Source: Octopus bimaculoides (lineage: Eukaryota). Taken from it: DNA of 39,912 bases. The DNA lies in assembly GCF_001194135.2 (NCBI RefSeq), contig NC_068990.1, positions 25,936,046 to 25,975,957 of the forward strand. The letters are read 5' to 3'. The position numbers and the translations under genes were made by a program. Each line of letters opens with the position of its first letter. Within the stretch, counting starts at the first letter, position 1. Positions 1-11,044 of this stretch are shown in pieces. The notes beneath the pieces were generated by a model, which saw nothing but the letters and a program-made list of their open reading frames with translations, made no database searches and was not told the DNA's origin.

Positions 1-140
1 ACCACCACCACCACTGCTACTACCATCACAACCTTTGTCACCACCACCACCACCACCACTGCTACTACCACCACAACCTCTGTCACCACCACCACCACCA
101 CCACCACCACCATTAGCATTGACAGCAGCAGCAGCAGTTG
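1..140. repeat. (ACC)n / (CAG)n degenerate trinucleotide microsatellite
   Basis: Directly visible runs of accaccacc and agcagcagc. Confidence 0.9.
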
Positions 141-294
141 TCTTGTTGCAACTGAAGACTTGTTAACATTTCATAGGAAATAAATGTCAGGGGAAAAAGA
201 TGAGGTAAATTTAATGAAGTGATTAATGTCGACTTAATGAAGCTGCTTTAAGAGAGTAGAACGAACACTATCAACCATCGACCGATAACAAATT

Positions 295-390
295 ACTGTC
301 TCTCTGTCTCTCTCTCTCTGTCCCCCTCTCTCTGTCTCTGTCTCTCTCTCTGTCTCTCTCTCACTCTCTGTCTCTCTCTCTCTCTCTGTG
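295..390. repeat. (CT)n microsatellite
   Basis: Directly visible. Confidence 0.9.
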
Positions 391-412
391 ATTCCTAGTG
401 TATGTGTACTTG

Positions 413-563
413 GCATGGTTGTGTGGTAAGAAGTTCGCTTCTCGACCACATGGTTCTGGGTTCAGTCCTACTGAGTGCCACCTTGGCCAAGTGTCTTCTA
501 CTATAGCCTCTGGTCAGCCAAAGCCTTGTGAGTGGATTTAGTATATGGAAACCGAAAGAAGCC
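413..563 (+). mobile_element. tRNA-derived SINE, family A (octopus OK/OR-type), 5' half
   Basis: Head gtgtggtaagaag...ggttcagtcc (Pol III A/B box-like) and body ccttggccaagtgtcttctactatagcc...gaaaccgaaagaagcc, repeated many times in the window. Confidence 0.8.
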
Positions 564-655
564 TCATCATCATCATCATCATCATCGCTTAACATCCACC
601 TTCCAATTTACATACATATATGCATGCATACATATATATNNNNNNNNNNNNNNAT

Positions 656-711
<56 letters not shown>

Positions 712-876
712 ATATATATGAGAATATTCTGTAAATAAATTTATAAGTGCTGAGTGAGTTGGTATTCTGCAGAAAATAAATTCCCAAATGCAGAGCAAAA
801 AGAATTTTTAAACATACTTTTGTGCTGTTTCTACTTTTACGTTTACCTATGTGTGTGTGTGTGTGTGTGTGTGTAA

Positions 877-1043
877 TAGGCATAAGGATGGCTGTGTGGT
901 AAGAAGTTTGCTTCCCATGCCCATGGTTCTGGATTCAGTTCTGCTGCGTGGAACTTCGGACAAGGATCTTTTACTATAGTCTCAGGCCAATCAAAGCATT
1001 GTGAGTAGATTTGGTAGATAGAAACTGAAAGAATCCCATCACG
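877..1043 (+). mobile_element. SINE family A, 5' half
   Basis: Same head and body as 413-563 and 14629-14797. Confidence 0.8.
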
Positions 1044-1055
1044 CACATACATACA

Positions 1056-1358
1056 TAAGCACCATTCAAGCATGGGTTGATGCCAGTGCCACTTGACTGG
1101 CTCCCCATACTGGTGACACATAAAAAGCACCATCCGAACATGGTCAATGCTAGTCCGACTGGCTCCTGTGCTGGTGGCATGTAAAAAGCATCCACTACAC
1201 TCTCTGAGTGATTGGCATTTGCAAGGGCATTCAGCTGTAGAAACATTGCCAAATCAGATTGGAGTCTGGTGCAGCCTCCTGGCTTGCCAGTCCCCAGTCA
1301 AACCGTCCAACCTATGCGAGCATGGAAAACAGATGTTAAACGATGATGATGATGATGA

Positions 1359-1360
<2 letters not shown>
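1056..1360 (+). mobile_element. RTE-clade LINE 3' UTR with (GAT)n tail
   Basis: Ends gcatggaaaacagatgttaaacgatgatgat. The family is tied to an RTE ORF end through the related copies at 27444-27766 and 36523-36773. Confidence 0.75.
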
Positions 1361-1427
<67 letters not shown>

Positions 1428-1429
<2 letters not shown>

Positions 1430-1857
1430 GGGGTTGGACAAAATAATGGAAACACCTAGCATAATAGCATCATAATTTTGAAATATCTGTAAAACCATTA
1501 AAAGCTTGTTTATTTTTATGTTTTTTTATTTATTATTAGTGTTGCTTAAGATGTTTCGCTAAAATTGCTGTTTTTTTATTTTAGATATCATCAGGAAAAG
1601 GTAATTAAAATGACAGATCTATCGGACTTTCAAAGAGGTCAAATTGTTGGTGCTTGTATGTAATGAAAACAGCCGAAATGTTTGGTGTATCAAGAAGTAC
1701 TGTCTCGAAAGTAATGACAGCCTTTGAGAAAGAGGGAAAAACCTCCTCATCGAAACAAAACTCCAGAAGAAAACCAAAACTTTCACATAGGGACTGTCGG
1801 ACTCTTAAGCGAATTGTTAGAAAGGATTACAAAAGTACAGCTCCCAAAATTACTGCA
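1428..1857 (+). mobile_element. Tc1-family DNA transposon, 5' fragment (left TIR plus transposase N-terminus)
   Basis: TA followed by (c>t)aggggttggacaaaataatggaaacacc, a Tc1-type terminus. No right TIR seen. Confidence 0.8.
1610..1857 (+). pseudogene. Tc1 transposase paired-like HTH domain, disrupted and truncated
   Basis: MTDLSDFQRGQIVGA then stop/frameshift, then KTAEMFGVSRSTVSKVMTAFEKEGKTSSSKQNSRRKPKLSHRDCRTLKRIVRKDYKSTAPKITA, typical of a Tc1 DNA-binding region (GRPR-like RRKPK linker). Confidence 0.85.
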
Positions 1858-1916
1858 TTTCTTGACTGGTGTATAGGTGGGGTAATGCTTGGGAGAACCA
1901 TATAATAAAAGACATA

Positions 1917-2230
1917 CATTGTAGGGTTTAGAAGAAAGGGATACATTAGAGGGCTGGCAAATTAGTGAGTGTTTTATGTCGGACGGGAAAAAAGGCGTGA
2001 ACATTGTAGGGGCTGGACTAGGTCATTGAAAATTCTTGTGCCAACGTGGATGTAGGATTAAACTACATGGGTGTGTAAGGTGAGGAGAAGGATGTGCACC
2101 CATTGTTGGGCTGGCAGAAGTGTGGGTGCTCAGCATAGGGAGAAGGGTGGGTGTCCATTATAGGGATGAAAGAAGAATGTTTGTCTATTGTAGGACTGGG
2201 AGACAGGAGTACTCACTGTAGAGCTGTAGG
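1917..2230. repeat. Degenerate minisatellite with CATTGTAGGGCTGG-like core
   Basis: Core variants at 1917, 1944, 2002, 2101, 2156, 2186 and 2214; spacings are mostly multiples of about 28 bp. Confidence 0.55.
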
Positions 2231-3249
2231 GTATTGAAAATCTTAGCAGCAGCCCTGGATGTGAGGTTAAAAATCAACAGAAACAACAATGACATTCTGG
2301 GTGGATCTAAATAATATAGATAATGGGTTCTGTCCCTCCCTTTTTCAGATTTACCAATAATAAATTAAAGACCTCTATTTCACAGGAAATTGATTGTCGA
2401 TTAGTTTGTCAGACATAAATAAATGAACAAACTGCAGCCGCAAAGACGAGCGGTGTATTGAGCCAGCGGTTGGACAGCTTCCACCAGTCAATAACAGGTC
2501 AATCTGGGAAGAGGTGTCGGAGCTAAAGTTTCCAAGGTGTGAGATTCTTGTGCTTATCTTATCAGAGAAGTACAAAGCAGCTGTTTCAATATTTATTCTG
2601 TCTTTTTACAGGAATTTATTGAGAGATTCTTCAATCTCGCAAAGTGTGAAGAATTTAATATTCTCATTACGAGAGCTCTGGGATCTGTTACAGTGTTTGC
2701 AGTTATGATTTATTTACTTTATCTGCTTTTGTATTTATATATATTTTATTGATTAATTTCCCTCATTACACGGTGGCAGTGACGGTGGTGACGGCTGTCG
2801 GTGGGAAAGAAGAGAGCTTGAGGATGGAGATGAGGCAATGTGGGGGGTAATAGTAGAAACGTAAGAAATTGGTTACAAATCAACTGGAAATGATTATTTT
2901 TATTGTTGTTGTTGTTATTTTTATTATTATGATTATTATTATTATTATTATTATTATAATTCATTATTATTATTGCTATTTAAGATGTTATTGGACAGAC
3001 ATATTTATCTGTCTGCTACACTTTGTATGGTTGTGTGGTTAAGGCTTGCAAGTTGAGTGCATTAATGATGAACACAGCCTCCCTACCCCCTTTCATATTG
3101 AAATATTTATACACACACACACACCTGTATATACACACCTTTATATACACACCTATCTTTGAATGTTTAAAATGACACCCTTCACTTGCAATGTCATCAA
3201 TAATTTTTGACAGAAAACAACAACAAAAAAAACCAACACTATTTTTATA

Positions 3250-3291
<42 letters not shown>

Positions 3292-3300
3292 CATTATTAT

Positions 3301-3500
3301 TAAGGTGGTGAGCTGACTGAATCATTGGTGAACCAGACAAAATACTTAGTGGTGTTTTGTATGTTTTTACATTCTGGGTTCAAATTTTGCCTTCTATCCT
3401 TTCAGGGTCGATAAATTAAGTATCAGTGAAACACTGGGGTTGGTTACAGCGACTAGTCCTGTTCCCACAAATTCCAGGCTTTGTACCTTTAGTTGAAAGG
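3301..3500 (+). mobile_element. tRNA-derived SINE, family B
   Basis: Head aaggtggtgagctg...ggttcaaatt, body cctttcagggtcgataaattaagta, (ATT)n tail. Confidence 0.8.
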
Positions 3501-3513
3501 ATTATTATTGTCA

Positions 3514-3559
<46 letters not shown>

Positions 3560-3562
<3 letters not shown>

Positions 3563-3778
3563 GGTGCTGAGCTGGCAGAATTGTTAGCATGCTGGACAAA
3601 ATGCTTAACAGCATTTCATCTGTCTTTCCATCTCAAGTTCAAGTTTCATTGGGGGTCATCTTTGCCCTTCACCCTTCTGAAGTCTATAAAATAAGTACCA
3701 GTTGAACACTGGGGTTGATGTAAATCGACTGATCCCCTCTTCCAAAATCTCAGTCCTTGTGTCTATCATAGAAACGAT
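3560..3778 (+). mobile_element. SINE family B
   Basis: Same consensus; starts inside the (ATT)n tail of the previous copy. Confidence 0.8.
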
Positions 3779-3792
3779 TGTTATTATTATTT

Positions 3793-3965
3793 ACTGGCAG
3801 AATCGTTAGCATGCTGGGTGAAATGTTTAGCGGTATTTCACCTGCCGCTACGTTCTGAGTTCAAATTCTGCCGAGGTCGACTTTGCCTTTCACCCTTTCG
3901 AAGTCAATTAAATAAGTGCCAATTGTGCACTGGGGTCGATGTAATCGACTTAACCCCTTAACCCC
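3793..3965 (+). mobile_element. SINE family B (less diverged)
   Basis: ggcagaatcgttagc...gagttcaaattctgccgaggtcgactttgcctttcaccctttcg; CpGs retained. Confidence 0.85.
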
Positions 3966-4017
3966 ACAAGTTATCATGCACTGGTGGTAGTAGTGGTGGT
4001 GAGGGGGAGAAATATAA

Positions 4018-4147
4018 CGCAAATCTGCTCACAAGGCTTTGAGCAGCCCAGGGTGATAACTGAAGACACTGGCCCAAGGTGCCATTCAATAGAACTAAAC
4101 CAGAAAACAGTGGTTGAGAAGCAAAGCCTGTTAACCAAGCAACCCCA
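4018..4147 (-). mobile_element. SINE family A, degraded
   Basis: Reverse complement of the family A body (ctcacaaggctttg...gaagacactggcccaaggtgcc). Confidence 0.65.
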
Positions 4148-4461
4148 CCTGAGCTGATAATCTCTTAAATTGGATATGTCTGCTATTAATTCTTACATAC
4201 AATTTCCCCGTTAATTCTTACAGCTTCATTTTCTGTTAAACCATTTCTTAACGCCAACTTCTTAATGCCTCTTCTATTTTTTCCTAGCCCCCATACTAAC
4301 CGAGAACAGCGATAAAAGCTTTTTCTAATGCAATTCCCCTTTCTTCGACCAGTAACACAACCAGTTGCTTGCGTACCTTACAGTTTCTCATTCAAACTAC
4401 ATAATATGCAGAATTGTCGCATTAATACAGTAGGGAGTTTTGAGGGAGATATGGCTGCTAT

Positions 4462-5010
4462 GGAAAGTTCCGAGGAGGGGAAGAATTACTCCCTGGAAAG
4501 TTCCGAGGAGGGGCGAATTACTTCCTGGAAAGTTAAAAGGAAGGGGAGGAATTAATTCCTAGAAAGTTCTGAGGAGGAGAGCAGAGGAGGGGGANNNNNN
4601 NNNNNNNNNNNNNNNNNNNNNNNNNNNNNNNNNNNNNNNNNNNNNNNNNNNNNNNNNNNNNNNNNNNNNNNNNNNNNNNNNNNNNNNNNNNNNNNNNNNN
4701 NNNNNNNNNNNNNNNNNNNNNNNNNNNNNNNNNNNNNNNNNNNNNNNNNNNNNNNNNNNNNNNNNNNNNNNNNNNNNNNNNNNNNNNNNNNNNNNNNNNN
4801 NNNNNNNNNNNNNNNNNNNNNNNNNNNNNNNNNNNNNNNNNNNNNNNNNNNNNNNNNNNNNNNNNNNNNNNNNNNNNNNNNNNNNNNNNNNNNNNNNNNN
4901 NNNNNNNNNNNNNNNNNNNNNNNNNNNNNNNNNNNNNNNNNNNNNNNNNNNNNNNNNNNNNNNNNNNNNNNNNNNNNNNNNNNNNNGGAGGGGGAGAGCA
5001 GAGGAGGGGG
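4462..5010. repeat. ~33-bp G-rich minisatellite running into an assembly gap
   Basis: ggaaagttccgaggagggg...gaattactccct units at 4462, 4495, 4527 and 4561; gagagcagaggagggg on both sides of the gap. Confidence 0.75.
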
Positions 5011-5049
5011 ACGAGGTGGCTTGCAATGGGACTGAACTGGGAAGCAGGC

Positions 5050-5238
5050 TTCTTATTTCTTTATTGCCCACAAGGGGCTAAACATAGAGGGGACAAACAA
5101 GGGGACAGATCGACCCCAGTACGTAACTGGTACTTAATTTATCGACCCCAAAAGGATGAAAGGTAAAGTCGACCTTGGCAGAATTTGAACTCAGAACGTA
5201 ACGGCAGAGGAAATACTGTTAAGCATTTCACCCGGCTC
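5050..5238 (-). mobile_element. SINE family B, subfamily B2 (alternative 3' tail)
   Basis: Family B body with tail gtcccctctatgtttagccccttgtgggcaataaagaaataagaa (minus strand). Confidence 0.85.
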
Positions 5239-6281
5239 GTAAGCTTCTTACCACACAGCCATACCTGTACCTATATGATATTGAAATTGTTTTTGGAGTT
5301 CTAGTAAAAAAAAACAAACTATACTTGTCCAAGAAGGAGCTGCCCTCAATACCAAGGGTTTACAACAACAAAAAGAAAATAGTTTTGTCTCACAAACTTG
5401 AAAAATTTTATTTGTTCACATGCATTTTCCAATCCAAAATTCTGCCAATCTAATGCCAATTATGCACTGGGGTCAATTAAACTAAATACATTATAGAACT
5501 AAAGTAGAACTAAATACATTTTAGCAGTTAAAAAATTGTAATTATCATTCCATTTGTAATTAGTTTCAATGGAATGGTACACAACCATTTTTGTAAGTAT
5601 ATCAATAAATTATCTCTGAAGATGGACAGATGCATGTTCTAGAATATAGCAAACATTTTGAAATTATCATTATTATTACTATTATTATTATTTTGACTTG
5701 AGACAATTTATTTGAGTTCTACATAATACATGATGCACACACTGACAAACTGCAAAATAAAAGCCGTCGCTTCACTTGATTTATGCTTCTCTTTGTCTAT
5801 GGCAAGTTTTTGTGATTCATTACTAGAATTATAATAAAAATAACCAAAAAAAAAAATAAATAAAAACAAAAAACACCCAAAAGAACCCCTTCTTAATCAT
5901 GTATGCTGTACAGTCTCATTCAGATAATTGTCGAGTGATTGGCGCAATATTTTCCAAAGACAATTGTTTGCAACACCAACAACAATATGTCATATCCTGA
6001 GGTGTTTTATTTTCTATCAGAGCTGAATACCAATCAACAAGACAACGCCTACCATCAGATCAGAAAGTCATTTAAAACTTCTACGCACAGCCCCCCCCCA
6101 ACCCCTGCACAAAATGGTTAGCGCCAACTTTAGGTGAATTTAGCTTTTATTTCCTAATTGCTGAATGGTTTCTGTCTATGTTGTTTGGTGTCTCTTTGAA
6201 TCCTAGAACTTATTTTTCATTAACCATGTTTTTTCGTTGTCCCTTAAAGAATGATACTTCATTGTCCCTCTTCGTCTGCAT

Positions 6282-6940
6282 CAGGGGTTCACGTATGGAT
6301 CCCTTTGATTCTCATTTTTCTCTACTGGACCCTAATAGCTTTTTGATGTATCGAAAATCCTATTAAATTTTTGTGATTAAATATTTTTAGGAATTACTCT
6401 TTTACTCTTACTTGTTTCAGTCATTTGACTGCAGCCATGCTAGAGCACCGCCTTTAGTCGAGCAAATCGACCCCAGGACTTATTCTTTGGAAGCCTAGTA
6501 CTTATTCTATCGGTCACTTTTGCCGAACCACTAAGTTACGGGGACATAAACACACCAGCATTGGTTATCAAGCGATGCTGAGGGGGACAAACACAGACAT
6601 ACAAACATATACACACACATACATATATATATACATATATACGACGGGCTTCTTTCAGTTTCCATCTACCAAATTCACTCACAAGGCTTTGGTCAACCCG
6701 AGGCTATAGTAGAAGACACTTGCCCAAGGTACCATGCAGTGGGACTGAACCTGGAACCATGTGGCTGGTAAGCAAGCTACTTACCACACAGCCACTCCTG
6801 CCCCTATAGAATCGTAGAAAAAAAAGGTTAAAATGTTTTGTGTATTGTGGAAGAATAACCATTTTATTGCACAGAAATTTTAACAGGAAAATCTTATATG
6901 AGCCCCTAAGGGCCAAAGGGATCCCAGCTGAGAATCATTG
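6282..6940 (+). mobile_element. hAT-like MITE interrupted by a SINE
   Basis: The two halves (6282-6395, 6809-6940) join to match the uninterrupted copy at 17031-17309; termini resemble caggggttc.../...gagaatcattg. Confidence 0.65.
6396..6807 (-). mobile_element. Full-length SINE family A with (AGAGTAA)-type tail
   Basis: Complete head, body, internal microsatellite and 3' region (...cagtcaaatgactgaaacaagtaagagtaaaagagt); flanked by gaatt/gaatc. Confidence 0.9.
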
Positions 6941-7070
6941 ATTTAGATTCCCCAGATATTGGTATCTGCAAGGCCCATTACATATGATGCAAGCATATTT
7001 TATCTGGGTCCATGCACAAGGATACTTGGTGGCCCAGTCTTATTTGAGGCCATTACATTATAATATGTAT

Positions 7071-7126
<56 letters not shown>

Positions 7127-8307
7127 GGTTGTTTAACCCCAAGTCAGATTCTGTGATTTTAAAGGTATTTCAGCTGTGATGTGACCATTCCCTTTTCTGG
7201 AACGAGAAGAATGGGCACCACTGTTTGGACACTGACCATTTGGCATGGCTGACTGGACATTCAGACTGTCAGACTGTTTTGGCAACAGTACTTTTTGGCA
7301 CTAGAGCCAGGCAATCACACACACACTACAGAAATATATACATACATACATACAGGGAGGGAGGAAGAGACACCACAGTTCATTAATCAAATACAAATGA
7401 CTTCAACACTTTCCTCTTCCCCATACACATGAAGAGAAATATGCTTTCATATACAAATGTTTGTATGTGATTTATATTTAATATTTATTACTTATTATAT
7501 TGTATTATTATTATAAGAATATAATAAACTATTATGCTAATAAATTTAAAATTTTGATTTTTGAATTGCCAATCGTTATATACATCTCCATTTTCTATTA
7601 TTTTCATAATTTCATATATTTATATACTAACTTAAAAGCTACCCTATTGGGTGGCTTTTAAGCCAGCTCCTTTGGAGGGCTCTTCATTAGGCCTTGGGCC
7701 CTACAATGATACTTCATGCATTGAGTACATATTAAATTTTATTAAACTTGACCAATATTTTTCCAGCAATGAACAATTTTCATCAAAACAATGATATAAT
7801 TTGTCTATTTGGAACTTATTGCAAACCTGCATAATAAACAACGCTTTTTTGTCTTCCTATTCGGGGTTCAGTACAATTTTTTTTGTCTGTCTAACCTCTT
7901 TCTTTTTCTCTCTCTCTGTTGATTGTTTCCAACCATCACCATCACCATCACCAGTACCACCACCATCGCCACCACAACTGCCATACACACACCATTCAGA
8001 CTTCTGATGCCACCACCACCAATACCTTTGACTTCGCTGCCTTCCCCTCCACCACCATCACCACTGTTTTTCACATCACTTACTACCACCGTCATCCCTG
8101 ACTGACCACCAGCACAATCATCACCATCGCTCCACCTCTATCACATCTTCAGCTCATACTATTACCCCATTACCATCACAACTGTCAATCTATTACCATC
8201 TCTCTGTCTACTACTACTCTCACCCCATCACAAGGAATAGTGTGTCATTGAATAGTGAGAGAGGGAGTCAAAGTGTGACACACTGACACACAAATTCGTT
8301 TTGGCAT

Positions 8308-8339
<32 letters not shown>

Positions 8340-8749
8340 GTATGTATGTATATATTTATATATCAGTCACTGGACTATGATGGGAATAACATAAGAAGGA
8401 CCTGTCTCTCTTGTCAGTTCACAGCAGTTGCCTTTCTGGTCCCTGCTGCTGAAGAGAAGTTAATTACTGTGAGAAATTTTCCCCACGACAAGATACAGTG
8501 AATAGCTTCCTTACAGGTTCAAATATGCTTTAAACGTATTTGNNNNNNNNNNNNNNNNNNNNNNNNNNNNNNNNNNNNNNNNNNNNNNNNNNNNNNNNNN
8601 NNNNNNNNNNNNNNNNNNNNNNNNNNNNNNNNNNNNNNNNNNNNNNNNNNNNNNNNNNNNNNNNNNNNNNNNNNNNNNNNNNNNNNNNNNNNNNNNNNNN
8701 NNNNNNNNNNNNNNNNNNNNNNNNNNNNNNNNNNNNNNNNNNNNNNNNA

Positions 8750-8890
8750 TATTGTGTTACTGGATGCTCAAGAAAGGAAAGAAAGAGAATTTGACGTTTT
8801 GAGTGGAGCTCTTCGTCGGAAATATAGGAAAGTCCAAAGAAAGGAAGATGGAGGAAGCAAAAAATCACCAAGAGAATTTATAGAACAAGT
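8750..8890 (-). mobile_element. Penelope-like terminal-repeat fragment with decayed minimal hammerhead motif
   Basis: Minus strand: pyrimidine-rich leader, then attt-CCGACGA-A-GAGctccaCTC-AAAAC-GTC-aaat. The PLE assignment is inferred from the motif only. Confidence 0.45.
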
Positions 8891-9113
8891 ATCCCATAGG
8901 AACTCAACAAACTGTTAAAGATGGAGAAGAGAAGATGTTAAAAATTTGAAACAAATTTAAATCCATGCATACAATCGTTTCAAACAATAATTATTTACAT
9001 GTAAATAACATGGTAGGAAAATTAGAAATTAATTTAATTAAAATTAAATGAATTACATATTACTGTTCTCCTCAGTGTGAAAAAAGAATACTTCAAAAAA
9101 ATATTATTATTAT

Positions 9114-9392
9114 TAAAATGATGGTATGTTGTCAATTTAATGCGACAGTCCCATGAAAGGGAAGAATGCTACTGTTATTCAGCCCTAGGAAACACCATTT
9201 CCTGTTCGACTTGACACATTTCATGTGTCCTTGTGTTTACAAAGTGGAGACAAGCATCTCCACCCAGCAAAGCCAGCATCCAGGAAATGTGTCAAGGCCA
9301 ACAGGAAACGGTGTTTCCTAGGGCTAAATAGCAGTAGCATTCTTCCCTTTCATGGGACTGCCACACTAAGTTGACAACATACCATCACTTTA
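9114..9392. mobile_element. Palindromic MITE-like element (~110-bp arms, ~55-bp spacer)
   Basis: 9114-9225 is a near-perfect reverse complement of 9281-9392; TA at both ends. Confidence 0.8.
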
Positions 9393-9586
9393 TCGGGCTG
9401 CTACTGCATAAATCTCTCTGAGAGATTTAGAACTGTATTATTTCAATATTATTATTGCTACAGAAGACTTGATGGAGTGAAAAGCACATAACATATTCGG
9501 ATATACGTATTATCCTTATGAAAGATTAAGAGCTTGCTAAGAGAGTGTTGTTGAGTCTGGTGGTGTATGAACTAAAGCTATCAGTT

Positions 9587-9693
9587 CATACACATGCATC
9601 ACAACCACATGAGCATGACATGGTGACCTTATATCAAGATAAACAGTGCATGACCTTGCAGGTGGGGAGGCCCAGATAGAATTTTCTTCAGGT
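9587..9693 (-). mobile_element. Fragment of repeat family D
   Basis: Reverse complement matches 32400-32480 (aggtcatgcactgtttatcttgatat...catatggttgtgatgc). Confidence 0.7.
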
Positions 9694-10026
9694 TAACTAT
9701 TGGTGCCGTTATAATCGACTTAATCGCTGGTCGAAATCGCTGGTCCTGTGCTAAAATTTGAAACCATTATTATTATTATTATTATTATTGGTAATAATAG
9801 TGAGAGTTCTACAAACAAATGTACTAAAACTAAATTTGATATTTGAAACTAAAGTTGAGAGCAGAACAGCATTTGTTCATTGTTCCAAGTACTTTTATTT
9901 CTGCACCTGCTAGTTTGCCTCTCTTTTTGAACCACTTATACTACCTCCAACACTTATTCAATAACACCGTCACCATAACTACAAATACTACCACCACTAC
10001 CACTACCGCTACTGCTATTACTACTG

Positions 10027-10091
<65 letters not shown>

Positions 10092-10210
10092 GCCACCACT
10101 AGCACTACATTAACAAATGCTGCTGCAAAACTAATAGTGTTACCACTACCATGACTGCTAGCATGACCAATCTTGCAACCCCCACCACTACACCATCACC
10201 ACCACCACCG

Positions 10211-10272
<62 letters not shown>

Positions 10273-10391
10273 GCCACCACTAGCACTACATTAACAAATG
10301 CTGCTGCAAAACTAATAGTGTTACCACTACCATGACTGCTAGCATGACCAATCTTGCAACCCCCACCACTACACCATCACCACCACCACCG

Positions 10392-10444
<53 letters not shown>

Positions 10445-10453
10445 GACGCCGCC
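10092..10453. repeat. 181-bp tandem duplication within a (TAC)n microsatellite
   Basis: About 120 bp of non-simple sequence is repeated identically at 10092 and 10273. Confidence 0.85.
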
Positions 10454-10595
10454 ACCAACACCACCACCACTAAAGAGAAGCAATTGGAGACTAGTGAAAA
10501 GAATAGTCAACATCCTGTCAGTGATGATGATGTAATAGTCAGGTGGTCAAAGAGGATGAAAGGATGTAGGGGGATGGCGAGGTGGTGGTAGTTGA

Positions 10596-10647
<52 letters not shown>

Positions 10648-10828
10648 GTCGTTATTACTGTAACCCTGACTGTCCTACTTTAGCTGTATGGAGTGGACCA
10701 TTCCACTCAAACTGACCCACATTAATCCGAGTCTGATATTTCACTCAAGCTGGTTCATTGAAAGTAACTTAGTATACTACTCCTACTACTACTACTACCA
10801 CCACCACCACCATGACTACTACCACCTT

Positions 10829-10875
<47 letters not shown>

Positions 10876-11044
10876 TGACTACTACCACCTTTACTACTAC
10901 TACTACTACTACTACTTAATATAGAATATGGTAGTGGTGGTGGTGGTGGTGATGAATCTGCGTTGTTCAATAATGAGGATTCAGTTGTTTGATCCACTGA
11001 ATTACCTGCTCTTGAATTAATGTGTGAGTGACTGAGTATTCCAC

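Noticed and set aside
1917-2230. CRISPR-like repeat-spacer appearance
   Set aside because: Cores are short, degenerate and irregularly spaced, the context is eukaryotic, and there are no cas genes.
5616-5650. CTGAAGA-T-GGAC...GTTC, hammerhead-like
   Set aside because: The GAAA box is missing and stems I and III are not evident; at most a very old relic.
8751-8918. Plus-strand open frame IVLLDAQERKEREFDVLSGALRRKYRK...
   Set aside because: No recognisable homology; better explained as the purine-rich antisense of the hammerhead-like element.
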